Assembly: GCF_000737315.1 (NCBI RefSeq)
Contig: NZ_JMCB01000002.1
Span: 268,001-516,000, forward strand
Length of the DNA stretch: 248,000 nucleotides
Origin: Hyalangium minutum
GTDB taxonomy: Bacteria > Myxococcota > Myxococcia > Myxococcales > Myxococcaceae
Reading direction: 5' to 3'
The notes beneath the pieces are model-generated. The model saw only the letters and a program-made list of their open reading frames with translations. It was not told the origin of the DNA and did not search any database. The position numbers were made by a program, and so were the translations under genes. Below are positions 127,197 through 137,750 of the stretch, piece after piece (the stretch's first letter is position 1; each line of letters begins with the position of its first letter).

Positions 127197-127964
127197 ATGT
127201 CGAAGCGCCTGACCACCGCCGCGTTCGTCTTCTTCTTCCTGCTCACCGCGCCGGTGTGCACGGTGCTGGGCGTGTTGCTGTGGCTCGTGACGCTGCCGTT
127301 CGATCCGAACAAGGCCGTGCTGCACGCCTTCGTGTGCCGCTGGTGCCACACCCTCTATCTGGCGTGGCCCGGCTGGCGCGTGCGAATTGAAGGCCGGGAG
127401 TTGCTGCCTCGCGGGCCCGCCGTCCTCATCTCCAACCACCAGTCCGCCATGGACATCGTCACCACCATGGGGCTGTTCCATCCCTTCAAGTTCGTGGCCA
127501 AGGCCTCGCTCTTCAAGGTGCCCATGGTGGGCTGGCTGATGTCGCTGATGCGCTACGTGCCGGTGGAGCGTGGGCACGTGCACGCCATGGACAAGATGTT
127601 GGAGGACTGCCGCGGGTGGCTCCGCCAGGGCGTAGCGGTGCTCATCTACCCCGAGGGCACCTATGCGCCCCCGGGCCAGCGGCTGCCGTTCAAGCGCGGC
127701 GCGTTCCGGCTCGCCATCGAAGAGCACGTCCCCGTGGTGCCGGTGGTGGTGGAGGGCACCACGGACCTCATTGAAGGGGATGGCCCGTGGATGAACCCGC
127801 GTGCCCACCTGCGCGTGCGCGTGCTGCCGCCGCTGCCCGCGGACGCGCTGGGGAGCGATCCCCTGGCGCTCGCCGCGCGGGTCCGTGCGCTCTACTTCGA
127901 GGCGCTCGGCCTGCCGCCTCCGCCCGCCGAGCCCGTGGATGAAAGGACAGCTCAATGCGCCTGA
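127197..127964 (+). CDS. Lysophospholipid acyltransferase (PlsC-like)
   Basis: NHQS.MD, YPEGT, FKRG. Confidence 0.9.
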   Translation: MSKRLTTAAFVFFFLLTAPVCTVLGVLLWLVTLPFDPNKAVLHAFVCRWCHTLYLAWPGWRVRIEGRELLPRGPAVLISNHQSAMDIVTTMGLFHPFKFVAKASLFKVPMVGWLMSLMRYVPVERGHVHAMDKMLEDCRGWLRQGVAVLIYPEGTYAPPGQRLPFKRGAFRLAIEEHVPVVPVVVEGTTDLIEGDGPWMNPRAHLRVRVLPPLPADALGSDPLALAARVRALYFEALGLPPPPAEPVDERTAQCA

Positions 127965-128734
127965 GCCTCTTTCAGGTGGATGCCTTCACCTCCCGCGTCT
128001 TCGGCGGCAACCCCGCCGCCGTCGTCCCACTGGATGCATGGCTGCCGGATGCCACGCTCCAGGCCATCGCGCTGGAGAACAACCTCTCGGAGACAGCCTT
128101 CTTCGTGAAGGAGGGCGAGGGCTACCGGCTGCGGTGGTTCACCCCGGCGCAGGAGGTGGACTTGTGCGGCCACGCCACGCTGGCCTCCGCCTATGTCCTC
128201 TTCCACCACCTCTCCCGGGAGCTGCAGCAGGTGGAGTTCGCCTCGCGCTCCGGGCCGCTGAAGGTGGCGCGCGAGGGGGACTGGCTGGTGATGGACTTTC
128301 CCGCGAGGCCTCCTCGGGCCTTCACTCCGCCGCTGGAGCTGGCCCAGGCGCTGGGGGCCAGCCCGCGCGAGGTGCTCGCGTCGCGCGACTGGGTGGCCGT
128401 GTTCGACTCGGAGGCGCAGGTTCGCGGGCTGAAGCCGGACCTGACGCGGCTGGCCCAGCTGGACACCTTCGCGGTGACGGTGACGGCGCCGGGCGACGAG
128501 GTGGACTTCGTCTCGCGCTTCTTCGCGCCGCGCGCGGGCGTGCCGGAGGATCCGGTGACGGGCTCGGCGCACTGCTCGCTGGTGCCCTATTGGGCCAAGC
128601 GGCTGGGCAAGACGCGGCTCACGGCCCGCCAGGTGTCCGCGCGCGGCGGCGAGCTGCGCTGCGAGGAGCGCGAGAGCCGGGTGCACATCGCTGGCCAGGC
128701 GGCGCTCTACCTAGAGGGCGTCATCACCTTCTGA
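127955..128734 (+). CDS. PhzF-family isomerase
   Basis: GNPA, SET, EVDLCGHAT, EDPVTGSA. Confidence 0.92.
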   Translation: MRLSLFQVDAFTSRVFGGNPAAVVPLDAWLPDATLQAIALENNLSETAFFVKEGEGYRLRWFTPAQEVDLCGHATLASAYVLFHHLSRELQQVEFASRSGPLKVAREGDWLVMDFPARPPRAFTPPLELAQALGASPREVLASRDWVAVFDSEAQVRGLKPDLTRLAQLDTFAVTVTAPGDEVDFVSRFFAPRAGVPEDPVTGSAHCSLVPYWAKRLGKTRLTARQVSARGGELRCEERESRVHIAGQAALYLEGVITF

Positions 128735-128740
128735 GGTGGC

Positions 128741-129352
128741 TCAGCCCTCCGTCCAGCCCTTGGAGCGCCGCGAGGCCTCCTCCAGCGTGTGGGCCAGCAT
128801 GAGCGCGGGGCCGGTGAGCTCCTCCAGCTCTTCCACGGTGGAGGGGATTTTGCGGTGCTCGGCGTGGATCCACCCCGCGCGGATGTGAAAGTCCCGGTAG
128901 TGGTTGGCCATCTCGTAGAGGTGCTGCTGGACGGACTCGTTGCGCAGCACCCGGGCGGTCTCGCGGGAGACGTTGTTCAGCTCGAAGAGCCGGTCGAACG
129001 CCTTGTCGCCGATCTCCGCATCCTTCCGGCCGAAGAGCTTGAGCAGCTTGTCTCCCAGGCCCTCCTGCTCCAGCGAGAAGTCCGGGGACAGCCCTCCGTT
129101 GGTCGAGAGGCGCAGCACCGTCACCGTGTACCGCTCCTTGCCGGAGCCGCGGATCTGGAGCTCCAAACGCATGGGGTACCCTTCGTAGGAGCCCTCGATC
129201 TTCAGGCCGTCCGCGCACATGTCATGGCGGCGGGCGAACTCGGCCCAGGCCGCAACCCTCGCTTTGTGCCTCCTCACGAACAGGTACACGACAAGGACCA
129301 CGAAGGCGATGAAGGAGACGGCGATGATCACCTGCTGGACCACGTTGAGCAT
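128741..129352 (-). CDS. Membrane-anchored hypothetical protein
   Basis: N-terminal TM helix, soluble domain. Confidence 0.6.
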   Translation of the reverse strand: MLNVVQQVIIAVSFIAFVVLVVYLFVRRHKARVAAWAEFARRHDMCADGLKIEGSYEGYPMRLELQIRGSGKERYTVTVLRLSTNGGLSPDFSLEQEGLGDKLLKLFGRKDAEIGDKAFDRLFELNNVSRETARVLRNESVQQHLYEMANHYRDFHIRAGWIHAEHRKIPSTVEELEELTGPALMLAHTLEEASRRSKGWTEG

Positions 129353-129452
129353 GGCCGGAATTCTGCACTCAGGCCTCGATGGGAGGAAAGGCAGGGGCTC
129401 CGGGAGCCACGTGCTTCGTGTCGCCACAGGGGGGCACTGGTAGTGTGGGCGG

Positions 129453-132116
129453 ATGCGCTCTCTTCTCGTTTGCTTCGTGTTGCTCGCGCTGTGGGCCGCT
129501 CCCTCGGTGGCGGCTGTTCCCACCGGCTTCCAGGAAACGAAGTACAGCTCCTCGGCTCTCACTCCCGCCACCGGTCTCGGCTGGGCACCGGATGGCTCGG
129601 GACGGCTCTTCCTGCTCAACAAGAATGGCACCGTGCGCATCGCGACGATGCGCGACGGGGAGCTCGTCAAGCAGGGCACCTCGCTGGCGACGGCGGTGTT
129701 CGCCACCGAGTCCGTCTACACCAACAGCGAGTGCGGCCTTATCGGCCTGGCGTTCGATCCGAACTACGCCGTCAACCGCTACGTCTACCTGTTCCTGACG
129801 GCGCCCGGCGGCACCAAGCAGATGATCGTCCGCTACACGGATGCCAATGGGGTGGGCACGGCGCGCACGGTCATCGTCGACAACCTGCCCACGGCCGGTC
129901 AGAACCATGACGGCGGGGCGCTGGGCTTCGGGCCGGACGGGAAGCTGTACTGGGCCATTGGAGACCTGGGCAATGGCACGGGAGTGAATGCGGATCTCAC
130001 CTCGCTGGCGGCCAAGGTGGGCCGCGCCAACCTGGACGGCACGCCCGCCAACGACAACCCCTTCAATGACGGGGTGGGTCCCAACAACGAGTACATCTGG
130101 GCGCGGGGCTTCCGGAACCCGTTCACCTTTACGTTCCAGCCCGCCACGGGGAAGCTGTGGGTGAACACGGTGGGCACGGGCTACGAGCAGATCTTCGTTC
130201 CCATCGAGAGAGACAACGCGGGCTACAACGCCTACGAGAACAACCAGCCGGCCAACGGGTACATCACCCCGGTCATCAAGTACCGGACCAACGGCACGGA
130301 CACGCGCACCTTCACAGCGAATGGAGCGGTGCGCAGCGGGGGCGTGGCCACCTTCACCACCACGGAGGCGCACTTCTTCCGCAAGGGCGAGAAGATCACC
130401 GTGTCCGGGGTGACGAACACGGGCTTCAACGGCACGATGTACGTGGCGAGCACCCCGAACGCCACCACGTGGACGGCGGCGCAGGCCGGTCCGGACGCCA
130501 TGAGCGGCGGAGGGCAGGCCGTCACGGACAACCTGGGCGGCTCCATCACGGGCGGTACCTTCTACGACTCGACGCTCTTCCCGGCGGAGTACCGGGGCAA
130601 CTTCTTCTTCGGCGACTACAACTCGCACCGGCTGGTGCGCGCCACGCTGGCCTCGGACAACTCGGTGGCCACGGTGGACTCGTGGGGCACGGACTTCACC
130701 CAGGCCGTGGACATGGACGTGGGGCCCGATGGCGCGCTGTATGTGGTGGGCGTCACCTCGGGCAGCGTCACCCGGGTCATGCCCGCGCAGGTGGCACAGA
130801 AGCTCATCGTCTCCGGGCTGAACCTGCGGGTCGTCGAGGGCGGCCAGCTGGTCTTCACCGTGCGGCTGGCTCAAGCGCCCACGGCGGATGTCACGGTCAG
130901 CGTGCAGCGGGTCTCGGGGGATGGGGACCTGACGGTGGCCAGTGGCGCGCTGCTCACTTTCACTCCCGCCAACTGGAACCAGCTCCAGCTCGTCACGATT
131001 GCGTCGGCCGAGGATGCGGACTCCACCCCCGATACAGCCTCCTTCGAGGTGGCCGCGCAGGGCCTGAGCACGGAGACGGTGGTGGTGACGTCCATCGACA
131101 ACAACGCGGCGCGGCTCGTGCTGTCCAACACGGCGCTGACGCTGGACGAGGGCGGGAACGGTACGTTCACAGTGGCGCTGTCCAAGCGGCCCACGAGCAA
131201 CGTCAGCGTCACGGTGGCACGGACCGAGGGGGACTCGGATGTCTCCGTCACGGGGAGCGCGACCCTGAGCTTTACGGTGGGCAACTGGAACACGCCGCAG
131301 ACAGTCACCGTGGCGGCTGCCGAGGACGCGGACAACGTGAACGACACCGCGACGCTCACCCTGGCCATCCCGGAAGCGGATGCGCGCACCGTGTCCGTCA
131401 CCGTGAGGGACAATGTGCCGTCGGCTCCGGCCATCCTCTCCACGCCCGTCACGAACGCGGTGGTGGGGGCTCCGTACCGCTACGAGGTGCAAGCCCAGGG
131501 CCTGCCCACGCCCACCTTTTCTCTGACGAGCAATGTTTCGGGGCCGGTCATCGATGCGAGTACGGGCGTCATCCGCTGGACGCCCACGGTGGTGGGCCTC
131601 GTGGACGTGACAGTCCGCGCGGCCAACGGGGTGAGCCCGGATGCGGAACAGACCTTCCAGATCACCGTCAAGGCGGACGAGCCCCCTCGCGCGGTGCTCA
131701 CGAGGCCCACGGAGGGGGAGCGCGTCGCCGGGGCGATGGCGGAGTTCTTCGGCGACTGCTTGGACGACGTGGGCTGCACGAAGGCGGAGTTCTACGTGGA
131801 CGGGGTGCTGGGGAGCACGGATGCGCAGACCTCCGGGCACTACCACTATGGTGGCGAGCACAACCGGTGGGACACGACCTCGCTGACGCCCGGGGCCCAT
131901 CAGGTCCGCATGGTCGTCTACGACACGACGGGCAGGAGCGCAGCGGCCGAGGTCAAGGTGTGCGTGGGAGACGGCCCGTGCGTGACTTCCGAGCCGGAGG
132001 AGCCGGAAGAGCCGGAGGTGCCGGAAGAGGAGGGTGGGTGTGGCTGCGGTGCGGGAGCCGGCGGTGCGGCGGCGTGGCTGGCGGTGGTGCTGTTCCTGCG
132101 GCGCCGGCGCACGTAG
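129453..132116 (+). CDS. PQQ-dependent sugar dehydrogenase with Ig-like domains and MYXO-CTERM
   Basis: HDGG.L.FGPDG.LY, G.RNP; GCGC..TM..RRRR tail. Confidence 0.88.
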   Translation: MRSLLVCFVLLALWAAPSVAAVPTGFQETKYSSSALTPATGLGWAPDGSGRLFLLNKNGTVRIATMRDGELVKQGTSLATAVFATESVYTNSECGLIGLAFDPNYAVNRYVYLFLTAPGGTKQMIVRYTDANGVGTARTVIVDNLPTAGQNHDGGALGFGPDGKLYWAIGDLGNGTGVNADLTSLAAKVGRANLDGTPANDNPFNDGVGPNNEYIWARGFRNPFTFTFQPATGKLWVNTVGTGYEQIFVPIERDNAGYNAYENNQPANGYITPVIKYRTNGTDTRTFTANGAVRSGGVATFTTTEAHFFRKGEKITVSGVTNTGFNGTMYVASTPNATTWTAAQAGPDAMSGGGQAVTDNLGGSITGGTFYDSTLFPAEYRGNFFFGDYNSHRLVRATLASDNSVATVDSWGTDFTQAVDMDVGPDGALYVVGVTSGSVTRVMPAQVAQKLIVSGLNLRVVEGGQLVFTVRLAQAPTADVTVSVQRVSGDGDLTVASGALLTFTPANWNQLQLVTIASAEDADSTPDTASFEVAAQGLSTETVVVTSIDNNAARLVLSNTALTLDEGGNGTFTVALSKRPTSNVSVTVARTEGDSDVSVTGSATLSFTVGNWNTPQTVTVAAAEDADNVNDTATLTLAIPEADARTVSVTVRDNVPSAPAILSTPVTNAVVGAPYRYEVQAQGLPTPTFSLTSNVSGPVIDASTGVIRWTPTVVGLVDVTVRAANGVSPDAEQTFQITVKADEPPRAVLTRPTEGERVAGAMAEFFGDCLDDVGCTKAEFYVDGVLGSTDAQTSGHYHYGGEHNRWDTTSLTPGAHQVRMVVYDTTGRSAAAEVKVCVGDGPCVTSEPEEPEEPEVPEEEGGCGCGAGAGGAAAWLAVVLFLRRRRT

Positions 132117-132367
132117 TCCGCCGCTCCGAGGCGCGGCGGCTCGGGGTCAGCGGTCGATGACCCAGCGGATGGACGTGGACGCCTGGAGGTCGAGCTCCTG
132201 GCGTCCCAGCGTGCCCTCACGGCCGAAGAGCAGGGTGATGGGCCGGGCTCTCCGTCGAGCGTGTAACTCGTCGGAGTGTCCTGGTTCGTCGTGCTTCTCG
132301 GAGTCGGGAGCTTCACCGTCGGTCGAATGACCGATGCGGCCAGGACCGGGGGCCTGCCGCCGGTTTT

Positions 132368-132449
132368 GGCCGAAGTGGTCTGCTTGTCAGACCAGTTTGC
132401 GCTGGCTCCGGTGGTTCGGGCCGAAGTGGTCTGCTTGTCAGACCAGTTT
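132368..132449. repeat. Two 31-bp direct repeats, each with an internal palindrome
   Basis: ggccgaagTGGTCTGcttgtCAGACCAgttt at 132368 and 132419. Confidence 0.85.
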
Positions 132450-132714
132450 TGAGCCTGCTCTGGTGGGTAGGGGCAGCGCGCATGTGGGACCTCTGCCGGT
132501 GGCCCCCTGGGCCGCAGGCCTGCTTGGCCGGCCATCCCGGCATGTGGGATCGCCTCGCTCCACCTGCGAGGGAGGGTGACCTTTGGAAGTGCTTGGAATC
132601 CTTGGCAGATCCACGAATGTCAGACCGGCCGTGTAAGCGAGCCTCCGCCCGGTGCTTGGACCGGAAGCTGGAGTGTTGGAGGCTGCGCGCGCGGCCGAGG
132701 AGGGGTGGTACTGG

Positions 132715-133956
132715 ATGCGTCTGCTGCACACGTCGGACTGGCACCTGGGGCACACGCTCTATGACGTCTCTCGCGAGGCGGAGCATGCGGCCTTTCTCGA
132801 CTGGCTCCTGGTCACCCTCGAGGCCGAGAGCGTCGATGCGCTCCTCATTGCGGGCGACATCTTCGACACCGCCAACCCCAGCGCCGAGGCCCAGGCAGCC
132901 TGGTACCACTTCATCGCCCGCGTCCGCCGTAAGCTGCACAAGCTCGATGTCGTCGTGATTGGCGGCAACCATGACTCGGCGGCTCGCCTCGATGCGCCAG
133001 ACCCCCTCTTTGCTGCCCTCGGGGTGCGCGTGGTGGGCGGGCTGCCTCGGGCCCAGGGGTCGCTCGACTTCGAGCGCCTGCTGGTGCCCCTGCATGACTC
133101 GCGCGGCCGGGTGAAGGCGTGGGTGGCCGCTGTGCCGTACCTGCGCCCCTCGGACCTGCCGATGGTGCAGACCGAGGGAGACCGGCTCATTGAAGGTGTG
133201 CGCGAGGTGTATGGCCTCACGCTGGAGTCGGCTCGCCGGCGGAAGCAGTCCGGTCAGGCCCTGGTGGCCATGGGGCACTGCTACATGACGGGCGCCGAGC
133301 TGTCCCTGCTCAGTGAGCGGAAGATCCTCGGCGGCAACCAGCATGCGCTCCCCGTGGACCTGTTCCCTGCTGACGTGGCCTATGCGGCGCTCGGGCACCT
133401 GCACAAGGCTCAGCGCGTGGGCGGCCACGAGGGCGTGCGCTACAGCGGCTCTCCCATTCCGCTCTCCCTGAGCGAGGCGCACTACCGCCATCAAGTGCTT
133501 CTGGTGGAGCTGGACGGCGAGGGGCTCGGCACGGTGCGTCCGCTGTCCGTGCCGCGCACCGCGGAGATGCTCCGCGTCCCCGCTCGGGAGGCCGTCCCAT
133601 TGGAGGAGGTGCTGGAGCAACTGGCCGCGCTGCCCGCGCTGGAGCCGGACATGCCCGAGCGGAACCGGCCTTATTTAGAGGTGTGTGTCTCCTTGCCTCG
133701 GCCTGAGCCGTTGCTGCGTCGCAAGGTGGAGGCCGTGCTGGAGGGCAAGGCGGCGCGCCTCGTGAAGTTGACGCCTTCGTACACTGGTACGGGGCATGCG
133801 CTGGCGGAGACGCAGCCGGGCATTTCGCTGCGGGAGCGCACCCCCGAGGAGGTCTTCAAGGCCCGCTACGCCCGCGACTATCAGGAGCCCATGGCGCCTG
133901 CCCTGCTGGAGTCCTTCCACACGCTGCTCACCGCCGTGCAGGAGGACGCGTCATGA
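132715..133956 (+). CDS. sbcD: SbcCD nuclease subunit D
   Basis: HTSDWHLG, GDIFD, GNHDS, LGHLH, YSGSP. Confidence 0.95.
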   Translation: MRLLHTSDWHLGHTLYDVSREAEHAAFLDWLLVTLEAESVDALLIAGDIFDTANPSAEAQAAWYHFIARVRRKLHKLDVVVIGGNHDSAARLDAPDPLFAALGVRVVGGLPRAQGSLDFERLLVPLHDSRGRVKAWVAAVPYLRPSDLPMVQTEGDRLIEGVREVYGLTLESARRRKQSGQALVAMGHCYMTGAELSLLSERKILGGNQHALPVDLFPADVAYAALGHLHKAQRVGGHEGVRYSGSPIPLSLSEAHYRHQVLLVELDGEGLGTVRPLSVPRTAEMLRVPAREAVPLEEVLEQLAALPALEPDMPERNRPYLEVCVSLPRPEPLLRRKVEAVLEGKAARLVKLTPSYTGTGHALAETQPGISLRERTPEEVFKARYARDYQEPMAPALLESFHTLLTAVQEDAS

Positions 133957-136900
133957 GGATCCTCGCCATCCGCGGTCAGGACCTCACCAGCCTCGCCGGC
134001 GAGTTCGCGCTGGAGCTGGACCAGCCGCCGCTCGACAAGCTGGGACTGTTTGCCATCACGGGCGCCACGGGCTCGGGCAAGAGCACCCTGCTGGATGCCA
134101 TGTGCCTGGCCCTCTTCGATCGCACGCCTCGGCTCGAGGGCCATGGGGGCGTCGCGGTGGGACGGCCCGGCGAGGACAAGGAAGAGCGGCTGCTCTCGCA
134201 TGACGTCCGGGGCCTGCTGCGGCGCGGCGCCGTCGAGGGGTACGCCGAGGTGGATTTCCTGGGGAGTGACGGGCGGCGCTATCGCTCGCGGTGGTCCGTG
134301 AGACGCGCGCGCAAGAAGACCGATGGGCGCCTGCAGTTCCAGGAGCTGACCCTCACCGATGTGGCCACGGGCCAGACCTTCGGCCGCACCAAGTCCGAGG
134401 TGCTCAAGGCCATCGAGCAGCGGCTGGGGCTGTCCTTTGATCAGTTCCGCCGTTCAGCGCTGCTGGCGCAGGGCGAGTTCGCGGCGTTCCTCCGTGCCAA
134501 CTCCAACGAGCGCGCGGAGCTGCTGGAGCGCATGACGGGCACGGAGATCTACAGCCGGGTCTCCATCGCCGCGCACGAGCGCAACAAGGAAGAGCAGGAA
134601 GAGCTGGTGCGCATGGAGGCGGGGCTGGCCGCCATCTCGCGCCTGTCGGATGAGGAGCGCGCCGCGGTCGAAGGCGCGCTCAAGACCCAGGAAGAGGCAC
134701 GGGCCGCTGCGGAGAGGGTGCTCGCGGAGGCCTCGGCTTCGGTGGAGTGGTACGCGACGCGGGCAAAGCTGGTGACCTCCGAGCGCGAGGCCGTTGAGGG
134801 GATGTCTCGGGCGGCGGAGGCGGTGGAGGCAGCGGCACCTCGGGAGGCCATGCTGGCTCGCGTGCGCGCGGCGGAGGCGTTCCGCGCTCCCGTGGCCACC
134901 ATTGAGGGCAAGGAGCGGGCGCTGGCGGAGGCCTCGGCGGCCCAGGTGCGGTTGGCGGCGGAGGCGGAGAAGGCACTGGCAGCGGCAGGGGCTCGGCAGA
135001 CGGAGCTGGGGCAGACGGAGCGGTCTCGTACTGCGGCGCTGGCTGCGGAAGAATCCGCGGGCCCGGCGCTCACCGAGGCGGCCCAGCTGGATGCGCAGCT
135101 CGCCGTGGAGCGGCAGAAAGCCACGGAGGCATCTCAGCGGGCGGCGGCGTCTCGGACGGCTGAGGAGCAGTCGGTGAAGGCCCTCGCGGCCATTGCCGGG
135201 CAGGAGGCCGCGGCGAAGTCGGCTGCGGAGGCGGCACGCACGTGGCTGGCCGGGCACGCTCCGTTGGAGGTGCTCGCGCGCGAGTGGCCCCGCTGGGAGG
135301 CCGAGCTGGGCCGCTACGAGCGGGCCGCCGTGGGAGAACAGCAAGCGAAGGCGGACGTGGCCCGGCTGAGCAAGGAGGAGCTCAAGCTGCGCGAGGCGGC
135401 GGAGCTGCGCCGTCAGGAGCGGCAGAAGGCCTCCGAGGCCATGGAGCAGGCGCAGGCCCGCGCCACCCACGCCGAGGCTGCCGTGGGCGTGGATGCGGGC
135501 GCGGCCCGGCGTGAGCTTCGCAAGTCCCTGCTCGCGCGTCAGGAGGCACTGCGGACGCTGGGCAAGGCCCAGGAGGGCACTGCCGCCGCAGCCACGGCAG
135601 AGCAGGAGGCTCGCACGGAAGCGGAGGCCGCCCAGCGCGAGGCGGAGACCGCGGCGGCCGAGGCGCGGCAGATGGCTGGACGGCGCCTGGAGCTGGAGGC
135701 GGGGCTGAAGGAGGCAAAGCGGGCGCTGGATCGGGCTCAGGCGGCCCAGGGCCTTGCCTCGCACCGAGCGGCGCTGCGCGAAGGAGAGCCCTGTCCGCTG
135801 TGCGGCGCGACCGAGCACCCCTATGGCCGCGCCGAGGCCGCGCTGGAGGCGCTCGTTGTGGAGGCCTCCACGCGCGTTGAATCGCTGGAGACGGAGCGGA
135901 CCGCAGCGGCCCAGAAGGAAGCGGCAGCGCTCGCGCGGGAGAAGGCCGCGCAGCCCCGGCAGGCTCAGGCGGAGACCCGGCGGACCCAGGCCGCCTCCAA
136001 GCGTGAGGCGCACCGCGAGGCGTGGACGAAGGCGCGCGCGCTCCTCCAACAGCCGCTGCCCCCGGAGCAGGCGGAGGATTCAGGGGCCCGAGCGTGGCTC
136101 GATGAGGCGCTGAAGGAGGCCGAGGCGCGGCTCGCCGCAGTGAACGCCGAGGAGGAGGCCGCGGAGACACGGGCTCGGGCGGCGCGAGAGGCCCGTGCCG
136201 CGCTGGAGGCCTGCCGCGATCGGCTGGAGGCCGCCAGTGATGCGCTGCGGCTCGCGGAGACCGCGTTCACGGTGGCCGAGCGCTCGCTGCGCGAGTCCGA
136301 GCGTCAGGCGGACCAGCAGGGCATCGCGCGGCGCCAGGTGCTCACCGACTTGGCTCCCGCCTTCACGGGCTGGCGCGAGTGGGAGGCCCGGCTCGCGGCC
136401 GATCCCGGTGGATTCCGGAAGTCTTGTGCGACACAGGTGGCGGACTGGAACACGCACGACGAGGCGTTCCGGAATGCCCAGGCCCGTGAGACCAAGGCCC
136501 GTGAAGAGCGGGCCGCCGCCGAGGCACGCAAGGAGGCCCAGCGCGAGACCGCCGAGGCGGATGCCCGCGCCTGGAAGCGCGCGGACGAGGCCCTCCGGCA
136601 GACGCAGGCCGCCCGTGCGAAGGTGCTGGAGGGCCGCCCCGTGGAGCAGGTCCGCACCCTGCTGCGCACGGCGGTGGAGTCCGCCACCCAGGGCTACGAG
136701 AAGGCACGGGCCGCCTCAGAGTCCGCGAGCCGGGCCGCCGCGGTGGCCACCGCTCGCGCCGAGGAGGCCGCCAAGGCGCGCACCGCCGCCGCCGAGGCCC
136801 GGGAGCAGGCCCAGGCCGCGCTCGATGCGCTGCTGCAAGGCCGGGGCGTGACGTGGGAAGAGGTCCGCCAGCTGCTCGCGAAGGATGCCGCATGGTGCGA

Positions 136901-137747
136901 GTCGGAGGCCCGGGCGCTGGCCGGACTGCACGAAGCCCACGCCAAGGCCCGCACGGTGCTCGAGGAGCGTCAGGCTTGGCGCTCCAGGCACGAGGCCTCC
137001 GGAGCGCCTGCCCTGCCCGAGCCGGAGGTGGCCGCCACCCGCGAGCGCGCCCGTTCGGAGGTGGAGGCCCATCGCGCCGCCGCCGCTGGCTCCAAGGCCC
137101 GGCTCGGCCAGGACGACGAGGCCCGAAAGCGCTACGGCGCCGAGGCCCAGGCACTGGAGGTGCGCCGCCGCGCCGCCGAGGTCTGGAAGACCCTGCACGA
137201 GCTCATCGGCTCGGCGGACGGGAAGAAGTTCAAGGTGTTCGCCCAGAGCCTCACGCTGGACGCGCTGCTGCTGCACGCCAACGCCCACCTCGAGGAGCTG
137301 GCTCGGCGCTACCGCCTCATGCGCGTGCCCGGGTATGACTTGGATCTCCAAGTGGTGGACCAGGACATGGGCGACGAGATGCGTGGCCTGGCGAGCCTGT
137401 CCGGCGGCGAGTCCTTCCTCGTCTCGCTCGCCCTGGCGCTGGGCCTGGCCTCGCTCTCCTCGGAGACGACCCAGGTGGAGACCCTCTTCATCGACGAGGG
137501 CTTCGGCACCCTGGACCCGGAGACGCTGGAGGTGGCGCTCGCCACGCTCGACGCGCTCCAGGCCACGGGCCGGCAGGTGGGCATCATCTCCCACGTGTCC
137601 GGCATGGCCGAGCGCATCGGCGCTCAGGTGCGTGTGGTGAAGCAGGGCGGGGGGCGCAGCCGCCTCGTCGTGCAGGTGGACGGAGGGCTCGCCGCGCTGC
137701 CGGAGCCACCCGCCTCGGGCTCGGGCAATGGGCGGAGGGTGGCCTAG
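133953..137747 (+). CDS. sbcC: SbcCD ATPase subunit C
   Basis: G.TGSGKS, coiled coil with CPLCG hook, LSGGE, FIDEGFG. Confidence 0.95.
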   Translation: MRILAIRGQDLTSLAGEFALELDQPPLDKLGLFAITGATGSGKSTLLDAMCLALFDRTPRLEGHGGVAVGRPGEDKEERLLSHDVRGLLRRGAVEGYAEVDFLGSDGRRYRSRWSVRRARKKTDGRLQFQELTLTDVATGQTFGRTKSEVLKAIEQRLGLSFDQFRRSALLAQGEFAAFLRANSNERAELLERMTGTEIYSRVSIAAHERNKEEQEELVRMEAGLAAISRLSDEERAAVEGALKTQEEARAAAERVLAEASASVEWYATRAKLVTSEREAVEGMSRAAEAVEAAAPREAMLARVRAAEAFRAPVATIEGKERALAEASAAQVRLAAEAEKALAAAGARQTELGQTERSRTAALAAEESAGPALTEAAQLDAQLAVERQKATEASQRAAASRTAEEQSVKALAAIAGQEAAAKSAAEAARTWLAGHAPLEVLAREWPRWEAELGRYERAAVGEQQAKADVARLSKEELKLREAAELRRQERQKASEAMEQAQARATHAEAAVGVDAGAARRELRKSLLARQEALRTLGKAQEGTAAAATAEQEARTEAEAAQREAETAAAEARQMAGRRLELEAGLKEAKRALDRAQAAQGLASHRAALREGEPCPLCGATEHPYGRAEAALEALVVEASTRVESLETERTAAAQKEAAALAREKAAQPRQAQAETRRTQAASKREAHREAWTKARALLQQPLPPEQAEDSGARAWLDEALKEAEARLAAVNAEEEAAETRARAAREARAALEACRDRLEAASDALRLAETAFTVAERSLRESERQADQQGIARRQVLTDLAPAFTGWREWEARLAADPGGFRKSCATQVADWNTHDEAFRNAQARETKAREERAAAEARKEAQRETAEADARAWKRADEALRQTQAARAKVLEGRPVEQVRTLLRTAVESATQGYEKARAASESASRAAAVATARAEEAAKARTAAAEAREQAQAALDALLQGRGVTWEEVRQLLAKDAAWCESEARALAGLHEAHAKARTVLEERQAWRSRHEASGAPALPEPEVAATRERARSEVEAHRAAAAGSKARLGQDDEARKRYGAEAQALEVRRRAAEVWKTLHELIGSADGKKFKVFAQSLTLDALLLHANAHLEELARRYRLMRVPGYDLDLQVVDQDMGDEMRGLASLSGGESFLVSLALALGLASLSSETTQVETLFIDEGFGTLDPETLEVALATLDALQATGRQVGIISHVSGMAERIGAQVRVVKQGGGRSRLVVQVDGGLAALPEPPASGSGNGRRVA

Positions 137748-137750
137748 CGC

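Noticed and set aside
132368-132449. CRISPR array
   Set aside because: Only two repeats with one 20-bp spacer, and no cas genes or leader in the window.
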